Assembly (NCBI GenBank): GCA_039680575.1
Contig: JBDKSP010000089.1
Coordinates: 22,367-86,366, forward strand
Direction: 5' to 3'
DNA from: Armatimonadota bacterium
GTDB lineage: Bacteria > Armatimonadota > UBA5829 > DTLH01
DNA length: 64,000 nt
Both the position numbers and the translations under genes were made by a program. The notes beneath the pieces were generated by a model that was not told the origin of the DNA, made no database searches, and saw nothing but the letters and a program-made list of their open reading frames with translations. Shown here one piece after another: positions 49,122-58,793 of the stretch (its first letter is position 1; each line of letters opens with the position of its first letter).

Positions 49122-49610
49122 ATGAAAAAATTCGGACTTGCATTGTTCTCAATAGTGGTAATAGCTCTGGCAGCAGGCTACTTTGTGGTAAACAGGAACA
49201 CCGGATCAGACCAGGACCAGATTTTCACGCTCATCGATCGCGGCAGACAAAGCGTCGAGTCTAAATCTCTCGATTCAGCGATGTCGTGTGTTTCCAAAAA
49301 TTGCAAAGACGAAGGCGTGATGAACTATGACCGGATCAAGCTGCTTATTTCCGAAGCCTTTCGTTCCGAATCGAAATACGAAGCAACAGTAGACACTCCC
49401 GCCATAGAGATGGAAGGCACAGGTAAAGCCCGTGCAAAAGCGCATGTAACAGTATTTGCAGTCCGTTCGGATGCTAAACAGGAAGTATTCTCGGGCGATA
49501 TGACATTCCTCCTGACAAAGGAGCGCACACGTAAATACCTGATCTTCCCCACTCACGAGTGGAAGGTAAGCGGAGTCGAAGGGCTCGGCAGAATTTTCGA
49601 TCTGCTGTAG
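49122..49610 (+). CDS. Membrane-anchored NTF2-like hypothetical protein
   Basis: N-terminal anchor; helix then beta pattern ending in WKV; GGAGG RBS. Confidence 0.55.
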   Translation: MKKFGLALFSIVVIALAAGYFVVNRNTGSDQDQIFTLIDRGRQSVESKSLDSAMSCVSKNCKDEGVMNYDRIKLLISEAFRSESKYEATVDTPAIEMEGTGKARAKAHVTVFAVRSDAKQEVFSGDMTFLLTKERTRKYLIFPTHEWKVSGVEGLGRIFDLL

Positions 49611-49631
49611 CTGTACGCCGCGGCTAAAGCA

Positions 49632-49832
49632 TCAGTAGGTCGGCTCGGTTACTTCGTTCACATCAACTGTGACTCCCCGGTCGGTATCCAACAGGGACTC
49701 CTGTATGATGTCGCGGATTTCTTCCGGGCTGACCATCTCATCTTTACCCTGAGACCAGACTATTGTAACTGAAAACCGCTGCCGCTGCGGCTGTTCTTCT
49801 TCGCTCATATATTCATCGTTGTTATTGCGCAT
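49632..49832 (-). CDS. Small acidic hypothetical protein
   Basis: GGAGGT RBS, ATG start, 66 aa. Confidence 0.6.
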   Translation of the reverse strand: MRNNNDEYMSEEEQPQRQRFSVTIVWSQGKDEMVSPEEIRDIIQESLLDTDRGVTVDVNEVTEPTY

Positions 49833-50010
49833 CGTTAACCTCCAATGCCTTTTCCGTAATATTATCCCGTGCGGCGTCCGGTCCTAATCATTCTTCCTGG
49901 CTATCGCAATACTACCAGGAACTTTTTGTCGAAATTTGCGTTCAGATACGGCAAATAGTGGTAGAATTAATAACGTATAGACCTCTCAACTATATTTTGT
50001 CAGGGTCCAA

Positions 50011-51129
50011 ATGAACTGGTTATGTAAAAAAAGCCTCCGCTATATCGTAATATTTGCACCTCTTGCTATCGCTGTCCCGGCTGTACTCTACAGCGGAAGC
50101 GTTAACAAAGGGTATTCATATAAGCCCTCTATATCACTGCCGAATATATCTTCGGAATGTGATTTTGAAACACAGCCGGTCCAGATGGCATTTCTGCCGG
50201 GTGATAAACTGACGCTCGGTCCATTCCCTCTCCCGCCGCTTCGGTCTGCTTTCAGCAGCAGATCGACTATCAATACAAGATTTATCGACTGGCGGTTGTT
50301 CCATGACGAACTGGGATCTTACGAGATAGAACTGAAGTCCGACCCGGATGAACTGGCTAACGTCCAACTCGCGGCTAACGCTATAAATGGAGTTATCGTC
50401 CAGCCGTTCGATACATTATCGTTCAACGCGGCGGTCGGAGAACGCTCCGAAGAACGCGGGTTCAGGTCCGGGCTGATGTTTTCAAGCGGAGAGGTCATCT
50501 CAGGCATAGGCGGCGGTGTATGCCTTGTCTCTACCGCGCTTTATAACTGCGCTCTTGAGGCCGGTTGCAAGATCATCGAGCGCGCGCACCATTCCGGCCC
50601 GGTTCGCTACGCCGGTCCTGGGCTGGACGCGGCAGTAGTCTACGGCACGCTTGATATGAAGTTCAAGAACGATACACCCTCACCAAAGCTCATTCTGGCA
50701 AAAGTTGTGGACGGCAGACTGATCGTCAGCATAAACGGCAGGAAAACGCCCGGGTGTTCGGTCGAAATAATAAAGTCAGGCTATAAAGAACTGCCTTACA
50801 AGATCATCGAGGTAGAGGACCCTGCCGTGCCGGATGGAGAAGTAAAGGTAAAGACTCCTGCGAGGACCGGGTTCGAGGTAAGCATTACACGAATCATCAA
50901 GCAGGACGGCAAAATCATCAAACGCGAGGACTTGAACCATGATTATATGCCCGCTAGGAATAAAGTCGTTCTCGTCCCGCCAAAACCCAAAGAAGAACAG
51001 CCTGAAGAGCCCAAACCCGTTAAGGTATGCGAGCCTGTAGAACCGAAACCCGCGGAATGCAGGGAACAGAAGATGCAGGGTGCGGGAATTAATGTAGAGC
51101 TGGACAAACTGCCTTCGCAAACACCATAA
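50011..51129 (+). CDS. VanW family protein with G5-like C-terminus
   Basis: NVQLAA..ING, SFN..VG.R...GF, GGGVC.VST.LYN, ER..HS, GLDA.V, D.KFKN. Confidence 0.88.
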   Translation: MNWLCKKSLRYIVIFAPLAIAVPAVLYSGSVNKGYSYKPSISLPNISSECDFETQPVQMAFLPGDKLTLGPFPLPPLRSAFSSRSTINTRFIDWRLFHDELGSYEIELKSDPDELANVQLAANAINGVIVQPFDTLSFNAAVGERSEERGFRSGLMFSSGEVISGIGGGVCLVSTALYNCALEAGCKIIERAHHSGPVRYAGPGLDAAVVYGTLDMKFKNDTPSPKLILAKVVDGRLIVSINGRKTPGCSVEIIKSGYKELPYKIIEVEDPAVPDGEVKVKTPARTGFEVSITRIIKQDGKIIKREDLNHDYMPARNKVVLVPPKPKEEQPEEPKPVKVCEPVEPKPAECREQKMQGAGINVELDKLPSQTP

Positions 51130-51226
51130 ACCACTGGTATGCGGCCGCGGATTACATCAAAAATAGAAAGGCCGGGGTTCATCCCGGCCAAATCTGTCCC
51201 CTATTTCGTATTTTCTATCCCCCACT

Positions 51227-51706
51227 TCATGCAGTCAGCGAAGATAGCAACACCATGACTTTATGGTAAGTCACAAACTGGTAGAACTCCATCCCTATGG
51301 ATGAGTTTGATAACGCATCAGGAAGGACACCTCCCGCGCTCGCAGCAATAGCCAACGATTTCATGACTACGTGCCCCAGGATAATCGCAACCCCTATTCC
51401 CAGCACACCACCGAGGGGAGGATCGAATGTATCGAGCGTAATAAGCGTTGCATCGTACACCTTTTTGCCGATAAGTAAAAGGACCATTCCCAATACTGCG
51501 AACACCCCGGCGAACAGCAACGCCTCGTTCGCATGAGACTCACTCATAAAGCAAAAAGACTTCGCCAGTTGCGGAACAACAAGCGGAACCAATCGGACAG
51601 CGGCTAAAAGAGCGACGAAATCGAATACAGCCTTCCCAAAGCCGCGTTTTGTTTCGAGAAGCATTATACCGAGAAGGATTACGACCAGAAAAATATCAAT
51701 AACCAC
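51227..51706 (-). CDS. CvpA-like membrane protein
   Basis: IDIFL...KRGF, D..LGG.LG; four TM helices. Confidence 0.7.
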   Translation of the reverse strand: MVIDIFLVVILLGIMLLETKRGFGKAVFDFVALLAAVRLVPLVVPQLAKSFCFMSESHANEALLFAGVFAVLGMVLLLIGKKVYDATLITLDTFDPPLGGVLGIGVAIILGHVVMKSLAIAASAGGVLPDALSNSSIGMEFYQFVTYHKVMVLLSSLTA

Positions 51707-51748
51707 GCAACATCACCCCATTTAGAAAAAATCAAAAAACCGACTTTT

Positions 51749-52606
51749 CTAATCTTTTACGGCTTTTAGCGCGCCGTAACCGACGACCTGGCTTGTGTCG
51801 CCAATAATATCGCCGGATGTGTAATACGATAACAAATCGGCTCTTTTTGCCCCAAGAGCCCGGTGTGCCGCGAGTGCGGTCGCAGCAGGCACTACTCCGC
51901 ACATCGATATGTCCATTCGTGCGACGACATCGATCAGTCCGGCATAATCCAGTGATTCCATCGCCGCGATAGCTGCTCTGTCCTTTCGTTCGGCCTCAGC
52001 CTTGGGCTGGTAGTGTGTTAAATCCGTGCTGGCTATTACAACGGCGTTCTTTCCATCGATTGCCGTCGTAATAGCCCTACTTAATTCTTCCGCATACAGC
52101 AGGGCATCTTCCCATGCGATAATAGAAATTATTATGGGGACGATTTTTGTCCTGCCGCCGAGATACTGCAGAAATGGAACCTGGACCTCCAGCGAATGCT
52201 CCGGCTGATGGGCGCGGTTATCTTCGGTGACAAGATCGGTAGCGCTCATAATCGCATGGGCCGCATCCGAATCGATCTCCACTTCACCAAATGGGGTCAG
52301 CCATGATCCCTCAGGCATAATCGCCGCCGGAGCGCCTATCCCCCGGTGGTTGGGTCCGATCAAAACGGCGGTATCGGGAAGCCCGTCATCAGCGAGTTCG
52401 AAAAATGCTGATGCAGTGGCATAACCGGAAAACCGGTAACCCGCGTGCGGACATATCAGCCCGACTATATTCCGGGTTATTATCGGAGCAGGGGCAGGAA
52501 GGCGTCCCGGCCCATAGGGACCCAGAAAACAGGCATCCATCGTCTCCCGGAGGTCCTCCGGCAACTCATCGTAAAACAATCCTGCAACCGCTGGCTGGCG
52601 TATCAT
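51749..52606 (-). CDS. amrB: AmmeMemoRadiSam system protein B (MEMO1 family)
   Basis: RQPAVAG.FY, PHAGY..SG, GPNH, EHSLEVQ.PF, STDL.HY, SMCG, VVGYG. Confidence 0.9.
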   Translation of the reverse strand: MIRQPAVAGLFYDELPEDLRETMDACFLGPYGPGRLPAPAPIITRNIVGLICPHAGYRFSGYATASAFFELADDGLPDTAVLIGPNHRGIGAPAAIMPEGSWLTPFGEVEIDSDAAHAIMSATDLVTEDNRAHQPEHSLEVQVPFLQYLGGRTKIVPIIISIIAWEDALLYAEELSRAITTAIDGKNAVVIASTDLTHYQPKAEAERKDRAAIAAMESLDYAGLIDVVARMDISMCGVVPAATALAAHRALGAKRADLLSYYTSGDIIGDTSQVVGYGALKAVKD

Positions 52607-52626
52607 ATCCTGACCTCCTTGTATGG

Positions 52627-54462
52627 CTAATCCAGATTATCGAGCGCAGTCTGCGCATCGGACTGTAGACCCGGCGAATGCTCGATAAGCCATCTGAACT
52701 GTTTTTTTGCCTCCGTCTTTTTACCCATCAGCACATATGCCTTTCCCAAAGACATCCTTGGTAAATCAGTATCAGGAGTATCTTTTATGATCTTCTCAAG
52801 CAGTCCAGCCGCACGTGGCAGGTTTCGATCCGATTCTACACATAGATCCGCCAGGTTGTAAGCAATCAGCGAATTCCCCGGAACCGCTGTCAGTCCTCTC
52901 TCAAGAATTGTTATAGCATCATCCGTCTTCGGTGGATCAATAGTCTTATACAATTGCGCAAGCTGGATATATGCCTGAGTTACCTTAGGATCATCTTCGA
53001 TAGACGCGAGGAACTGCTTGCGAGCTTCTTTGTATTCACCTTGATCTGCAAGCGCATTTCCCAAGTTAAGGTGTGCTGCAGCATAATCAGGACGCAGCTT
53101 GAGCGCAATATGGAACTCTTCTATGGCTTCCTGATCGAGCCCTTTTGCCAGATATTCGACACCTAAGCCACAATGCGCGTATGGAACATCAGGATGGCGG
53201 GAAACAACATATTGCCAGATCGTAAAATCATCCAGCCACCTGGAGTTACCTGCCCAAGTGGTACGCGCAAGAAATCCCGTAAGCAAAACAATGAGACAAA
53301 CCCCAACGATGGTTGCGATTTGTCCTGATTTTCGCTTCATTACACTCCACAACCATACCAACCCTGCCGCAACCACAATGCAGATACCCATAGATGGTAT
53401 ATATACATACCGTTCTCCCATCGTCTGACCCGGTAGTTGAACGATATTTGTAGCCGGTATGAGTGTGGCAAAGAACCACACCACTGGCCAGAATACGATG
53501 GTATTGCTCCTTTTCCACACTACTAATACTATCAGCACAAACAGAAAAGATGCACAGACGATGAATTTCGGATTAATTACTGACGAGATAATAGTCGCGC
53601 TGTAGTAGAGTTCGGAAGAACGAGGCACGAACAACATATCCAAATAACGTAACAAATTGACAGGAACACCGAGCAACCTGTGCATCAGCGGCGCAGGCGT
53701 GTAGGTAGCGCTCACATACAGATCCGATGACGCAATCAGCATTGCTTGTCTGGCACCAAGATAAACTGCAAGCACGGCAAGATGAGGAACAATAGCCATA
53801 ATCCTGGCAACGATGCGCTTACGCTTCGCAGCAGGTTCGTCAAGATACGTAATAACAAACAAAAACGGGATGACAAGAATGGAGACTTCCTTAGATAAAA
53901 GCGCGCCAGCGAACGCCGCCGCTGATCCAAGTTTATAGCCGGTTTTGGCCGTCTCTTTCCATTTCGCAAACAACAGCATTGCCAAAAGCGCGAAAAAACC
54001 ACATAGAAGGTCCGGTCTTCCAGATACCCACACTACGGCTTCAGTATGGACTGGATGGACAGCAAACAGCAATGCAGTAATCATTGCAATCGGTTTGTTC
54101 GCAAACAACTTACGGACTAAAAGATATAGTAAAAGCGCTGTTGCAGCGAATATTATAACATTTGTTAGGTGAAAACCAGCGGGAGCCATCTTCCAAAGCC
54201 AACCATCGAGGCTGAACGACAACCCGGGAAGCGGCCTAAAGTAATTTGTCGTAGCTTGGGTATCCGTAGACATATAAGGCCGGGTAAACCAATACCGCAA
54301 AACCAATTTACCGAGCAGATACGGGTTATTCTGGATGAGCACCTTGTCATCTGAGACAAATCCGCACTTAAGTGCGTTCAGATATACCAATACGGGTACT
54401 ACAGTGACAATCACCGAATCCTTATTTGCCTTCAAATACCTGACCAGACGTTGGAAATACAT
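52627..54462 (-). CDS. TMTC-like GT-C protein glycosyltransferase with C-terminal TPRs
   Basis: FVSDD, YFRPL, FHLTN, FAVHPVHTEAV.WVSGR, SKE, ERY.Y.P, TPRs; GGAGG RBS before ATG 54462. Confidence 0.88.
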   Translation of the reverse strand: MYFQRLVRYLKANKDSVIVTVVPVLVYLNALKCGFVSDDKVLIQNNPYLLGKLVLRYWFTRPYMSTDTQATTNYFRPLPGLSFSLDGWLWKMAPAGFHLTNVIIFAATALLLYLLVRKLFANKPIAMITALLFAVHPVHTEAVVWVSGRPDLLCGFFALLAMLLFAKWKETAKTGYKLGSAAAFAGALLSKEVSILVIPFLFVITYLDEPAAKRKRIVARIMAIVPHLAVLAVYLGARQAMLIASSDLYVSATYTPAPLMHRLLGVPVNLLRYLDMLFVPRSSELYYSATIISSVINPKFIVCASFLFVLIVLVVWKRSNTIVFWPVVWFFATLIPATNIVQLPGQTMGERYVYIPSMGICIVVAAGLVWLWSVMKRKSGQIATIVGVCLIVLLTGFLARTTWAGNSRWLDDFTIWQYVVSRHPDVPYAHCGLGVEYLAKGLDQEAIEEFHIALKLRPDYAAAHLNLGNALADQGEYKEARKQFLASIEDDPKVTQAYIQLAQLYKTIDPPKTDDAITILERGLTAVPGNSLIAYNLADLCVESDRNLPRAAGLLEKIIKDTPDTDLPRMSLGKAYVLMGKKTEAKKQFRWLIEHSPGLQSDAQTALDNLD

Positions 54463-54615
54463 AACGCCTCCCAATGATGTATATACCTCTGCAGTAATGG
54501 GATGATTATACTTTCCAGCCGATACATGGTCAAGCAATCGTGCAATATGCGCGTTCATTCCAGCCTGTTTCCAAATCTTTACCTGGTAATATTACCTGAA
54601 TTTGCAATTAACCTC

Positions 54616-54644
54616 TTGACATCAGTTAAAACCTCTGCTAGATT
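54616..54644 (+). promoter_or_regulatory. Sigma-70 promoter
   Basis: TTGACA-17 nt-TAGATT with extended TG. Confidence 0.65.
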
Positions 54645-55068
54645 GCTATTGTAATGAATACTAAGAGCGGCAAGCAGTAAAGATCTCTAGACAAAATAAG
54701 CCGCCGAACTGGATTCTGTAGTGGAAGCCGAAAAGAGTTATTTCTTAAGGCCATAGAGTGGGTTGACTAGTTACAGCAGGGGAACCTGCATCTTCTACCA
54801 CACTTCCTCAGAAATACCAGTAGTATCCAGCACCACCATTACACTGTGAAAGGTTGATAGGTGTCCGAATTGCGGTTATATTCCGGATGCTTCAACATAG
54901 CTGGGAAGATCGACAAAGAGGCAGCAAGCCCTCATATTGCCACGAGTCTTCTACGCGCATATGACACAGTCCTTCCCGGAGGTAAATCGCGCTAACCAAA
55001 CCGGCGCAACCGGTCCAAGTTTAATCAGATTATTAATTCCCATACTAAATCAAGCTCTAATTGCGAAT

Positions 55069-55083
55069 TGGCATGTTTTTTGC
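55069..55083 (+). promoter_or_regulatory. Sigma-54 promoter (-24/-12), copy 1
   Basis: TGGCAT-GTTTT-TTGC. Confidence 0.65.
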
Positions 55084-55188
55084 ACAATTATTAACTGTAG
55101 CAGAGTTTCAGTAAGGGATGATACAGTAGAAAGTTTTCAAAGCTTGTGATCTAATATCCCAAACTGAAATCTAGCTTAACAAGAGAAT

Positions 55189-55203
55189 TGGCACAGAACT
55201 TGC
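55189..55203 (+). promoter_or_regulatory. Sigma-54 promoter (-24/-12), copy 2
   Basis: TGGCAC-AGAAC-TTGC, a consensus match, upstream of the PEP-CTERM gene. Confidence 0.75.
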
Positions 55204-55316
55204 ACAATAATCTAGTGAAGTAGTAAAGAGGTTTCGGAAAGGGGGAGAACGAATTGACCACAAGAAAAAGCGATACAATCGCAATTTCCGAAAAGAAGAG
55301 AGGAGGAGGTGAAAGA

Positions 55317-56003
55317 ATGAAGAAGGTAATAGGAATAGTATTGGTGATGGGGTTGTTGCTGGGACTGACCAGCATAGCAATGGCAGCTAGTGAGACTGAC
55401 TGGACTGTTCTTTTGAGAGCATCCAACACATCCTACGGAAATGCTGCTATGTTGGTTCAGGTCGGAACCGCCACTGGTAAGCTTGATGGACATGACGCAA
55501 CAGGTGAATCAAAGTATACCGCTAACTCAGGTGTACAAGCGCAGGTTGTTGTCAGTGAACCAACATGGGGCGATTCCCCGGCATATTATGTTGCAGACAA
55601 GCGCGCACCGATCACTGCTGGTGAAACAATGACATGGGATCTCCTGCTGTGGGCCGGTTCAAGTTATTCAGGTAACACTGCTAGACTGTCTTGGTATTCT
55701 ACATCCGCACTGACGCCGTCAGCAACTATTGGTGGTATAGATTATACTTATACTCTCAGTGTTGTCGGCGACCCAACAAAGGTGTGGACATTCAAACCAG
55801 GCGCAATAGGTACTTCGACTACCCCTGTAGGTTATTTCGACTTTGATGTAACCAATTATAAAATTGCTGATGCTGATGCAGCAACAAAGGGTATAAAGCT
55901 TCAGCTCAAGGCAGCACCGACAGTTCCTGAGCCGGGCAGCATGCTTGCACTCGGAAGCGGACTCATAGGTCTTATGGGCTTCGCAATCCGCCGCAGGAAG
56001 TAA
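55317..56003 (+). CDS. PEP-CTERM sorting domain surface protein
   Basis: Signal peptide; Ser/Thr-rich; C-terminus VPEPGSMLALGSGLIGLMGFAIRRRK; AGGAGGTG RBS. Confidence 0.93.
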   Translation: MKKVIGIVLVMGLLLGLTSIAMAASETDWTVLLRASNTSYGNAAMLVQVGTATGKLDGHDATGESKYTANSGVQAQVVVSEPTWGDSPAYYVADKRAPITAGETMTWDLLLWAGSSYSGNTARLSWYSTSALTPSATIGGIDYTYTLSVVGDPTKVWTFKPGAIGTSTTPVGYFDFDVTNYKIADADAATKGIKLQLKAAPTVPEPGSMLALGSGLIGLMGFAIRRRK

Positions 56004-56043
56004 GAGAAATACTTACACAGGAAATTATTCCTAGAAACAATTG

Positions 56044-56080
56044 CCACCGGGTCGATTTAACCCGGCCCGGTGGTTCTTTC
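56044..56080 (+). terminator. Probable intrinsic terminator
   Basis: CCACCGGGTCG...CGGCCCGGTGG followed by TTCTTT. Confidence 0.55.
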
Positions 56081-56314
56081 CAGAAAGAGACGAAGATCTC
56101 TATAAATAAGAGATATACCAACCATTAATTGCACTTATTCTTTCGCGTTCTTTTTATACAACAATCGTAAGTAAAAGCATAAGCAGCAGTTGGCGGGGTA
56201 AAAGCCCTATACATACTGCAAATATCAAATTGACAAATGTGGTTAAAGAGAGGGGGAGGTGGAATTATGAAACACACACTTACAACTTCAAGACTTTTGA
56301 AAGGAGGTGAAACA

Positions 56315-57037
56315 ATGAGAATAGCATGTTTAGTAGTGATGGCTTGCCTGTTATTGGCAGTAGGTGCTACTGCAGCTACCTACACTCAAATTCTCTATCC
56401 AGATACAAGTGGTGCATATGGTGCCAACTGGATCGCTTTGAAAGCTGTCCCGTTTGATCCTAATCCCATAACTGTATTTGGTAGCGTAGATCTGATCGAT
56501 GGTACTCTATCAAGATTAGATCCTGTCACTGGAAATACAGAGGGGTATTTCAGCTTCCAGGAACCAGATGGTCCTTTCGGGAATATGCTTCTTGGTGAGG
56601 GTTATTGGTTAAACGTTACTACAACTTCACACACAATATCATATCAAGGTGCAGTCGATGGACTTGGAACTGAATCTACGGTAACAGAAGGAACCAAGAT
56701 ATCCAGCATGACTGACATGTGGATCAGCCTTCCTGGACCTACAGGCGAAGAAGGCGGCTACCATTGGGTTGGTTTCCCATTCAGCCATAATGTATTGTGG
56801 ACGGATGTTAAAGTAACAGATGGTAATGAGACAGTTCCTGTTCTGACCGCTGTGTCCAATGGGTGGCTTGATGGCGGATGGGCTTATCTTGATGCTGCAA
56901 CACAGAGCACATACGGCGTAGACCCTGATGAGATTATGGGAAGCGCGTATCTTGAGCCTGGCAATATGTATCAGATATTCACACGCAAAGCTAACCTGGC
57001 ACTAATCATCCCCGCTGGAGATGATTACATCAAGTAA
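56315..57037 (+). CDS. Secreted hypothetical protein with two GxNW/GxGYW-type repeats
   Basis: Signal peptide; GANWIAL.VP...GEGYW and GYHWVGFP...PGNMY; AAGGAGGTG RBS. Confidence 0.8.
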   Translation: MRIACLVVMACLLLAVGATAATYTQILYPDTSGAYGANWIALKAVPFDPNPITVFGSVDLIDGTLSRLDPVTGNTEGYFSFQEPDGPFGNMLLGEGYWLNVTTTSHTISYQGAVDGLGTESTVTEGTKISSMTDMWISLPGPTGEEGGYHWVGFPFSHNVLWTDVKVTDGNETVPVLTAVSNGWLDGGWAYLDAATQSTYGVDPDEIMGSAYLEPGNMYQIFTRKANLALIIPAGDDYIK

Positions 57038-57122
57038 ACAACTAAAAGGCAGTAAGTAACACAAGTTGAAATTAGAAATATCCGGCCACTACGGAATTAA
57101 TTAGGGCAAAAGTCCCTTTATA

Positions 57123-57153
57123 GGGGGTGGCTCTCTGAGCCACCCCCTTTTTT
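57123..57153 (+). terminator. Intrinsic terminator
   Basis: GGGGGTGGCTC-TCT-GAGCCACCCCC followed by a T run. Confidence 0.8.
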
Positions 57154-57308
57154 CATATCATTATTCCCATTCCTAGCCAAGCGGTATTTCCGCATTTTTA
57201 AGTCTCCCGGTATAAACGCGAACTTTCCACACCCCGCAATCGTCTAGTAATTGAATACATCATCCAATAATTATGATATATAGCGGCATGGACGCCGGGG
57301 AAGGCAGC

Positions 57309-57824
57309 ATGAAGATGAAAAATACCCTTATACTGATACTTATCGCACTCACAGTGCTTGCAGCAGCGGTAACTGTTATGGCGGAAACCCCTTCTCCTGT
57401 TGCGATGAACAACAAAACCCTCGGAGGAGGACAGCTAAACGTTTATACACCCGGAGTTGATGGTGGTACGGGGCTTAATAACATCGGGCTTCTTGTCAGG
57501 ACTTGCGGTGTCGTAACCTATTACGATGACGATAATAAATTCTTCTACATTGACGACGGCTCCGGACTTAAAGACGGCTCAAAAAAGCTGGATGGCACAA
57601 CAGATGTCGTCGGCATAAGGGTATCTTATAAAGACCTTGCCCCAAACGTCTCTTTCTCTCGTCCAATCCAGGGAGCATGGGTCACGATAACAGGTATCAG
57701 CAGCACGAGCGAAATAACTGTAGACATAGAGGGGATCTCAGAAACCACTACAAAAATCGTTCGAACACTTCTGCCGAGAAAACAGACGGATGTGCAGGAA
57801 TCAATTACCAGCGGTCTTCCATAG
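57309..57824 (+). CDS. Secreted small beta-rich (OB-fold-like) protein
   Basis: Signal peptide; GLNNIGLLVRT.G.V, FYIDDGSG, V.ITGISS, LLPR...D. Confidence 0.7.
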   Translation: MKMKNTLILILIALTVLAAAVTVMAETPSPVAMNNKTLGGGQLNVYTPGVDGGTGLNNIGLLVRTCGVVTYYDDDNKFFYIDDGSGLKDGSKKLDGTTDVVGIRVSYKDLAPNVSFSRPIQGAWVTITGISSTSEITVDIEGISETTTKIVRTLLPRKQTDVQESITSGLP

Positions 57825-57831
57825 GAAGATA

Positions 57832-58779
57832 TTACTTATTTAGCAACAACTCTGAGACCGTTACCAGTTCGTATCCCTTGGCGCGAAGTTCGTCGATTAT
57901 TTCCGACAGAGCTTCTACCGTCGGACCGCTTCCACAGTGCATCAGGATAATCGAGCCTGCCTGAGACCGATCGAGCACTCTTTCCTCTATCTCAGCCGCC
58001 GTGATACCCTTCTTGAATGCATCCCAGCTATCGACCGTCCAGTATACGGACCTATAGCCTTCATCCCGCGCTACCGACAGCACGCGAGAATCACGCGCTC
58101 CGAACGGCGCTCGAAAGAGCGGCTTTGTTGATACTCCCGCTGCGGACTGCACCAGCTCTTCTGTCTTTACCAACTGTTCACGGATCTCATCATCCGTCAG
58201 CTTTCTCAGATCGGGGTGGGAATAAGTGTGGTTTCCGATCTCATGCCCTGCGGCAGCTATCTGCCGCGTAAGCTCTCTATTATCTTCTACCCACTTCCCC
58301 GTAAGAAAGAAGGTCGCTCTGACGTCTTTCGATGCCAGTATCTTCAATAGTGCCGGTGTGGGCCTGGAACTCGCGCCTGCGTCGAATGTGAGTGCAATCT
58401 TGTCTCCGCCAGTCTGACCTTGCTTCAATTCAAAGGCAGGTCCAACAGACTGTGTACCGGTATGTTTTTGAGCAGTCTCCCCTACCCCCCGATTATCGGG
58501 GTTGACTTCCGTCACCGTCACATCAGGAGCTTCGGTTTTCTTGTGTGATGTGACTTCGTCCTTATCTACCTGAGCATTATCCTTCTCAGTATCGGTTGAC
58601 GGTTCGACAGGAGACGATATAGACGTGGGCCTATTTACTCTGCTGATACCGGATTGGGATCTTCGTCCGCATGAGCTGAGGAAAACAACCAGGGCGATTA
58701 CTATCAGCGCGATGATTACTGTGAGGATTAACCGCTCGCGGCGGCTTGCACCGCCGCGAGCATTATAAAGCGAGGACAA
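57832..58779 (-). CDS. Polysaccharide deacetylase (NodB/CE4), probable lipoprotein
   Basis: ALTFDAG, ATFF, HEIGNHTYSH, FRAPFG, IILMH; LSSC lipobox-like sequence. Confidence 0.9.
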   Translation of the reverse strand: MSSLYNARGGASRRERLILTVIIALIVIALVVFLSSCGRRSQSGISRVNRPTSISSPVEPSTDTEKDNAQVDKDEVTSHKKTEAPDVTVTEVNPDNRGVGETAQKHTGTQSVGPAFELKQGQTGGDKIALTFDAGASSRPTPALLKILASKDVRATFFLTGKWVEDNRELTRQIAAAGHEIGNHTYSHPDLRKLTDDEIREQLVKTEELVQSAAGVSTKPLFRAPFGARDSRVLSVARDEGYRSVYWTVDSWDAFKKGITAAEIEERVLDRSQAGSIILMHCGSGPTVEALSEIIDELRAKGYELVTVSELLLNK

Positions 58780-58793
58780 ATTACTACCTCTTA

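Noticed and set aside
54695..55010. c-di-AMP (ydaO) riboswitch
   Set aside because: CGCCGAA, GGGGAACC and GCTAACC fragments are present, but their spacing and the internal motifs do not fit the consensus; kept only as an unknown RNA candidate.
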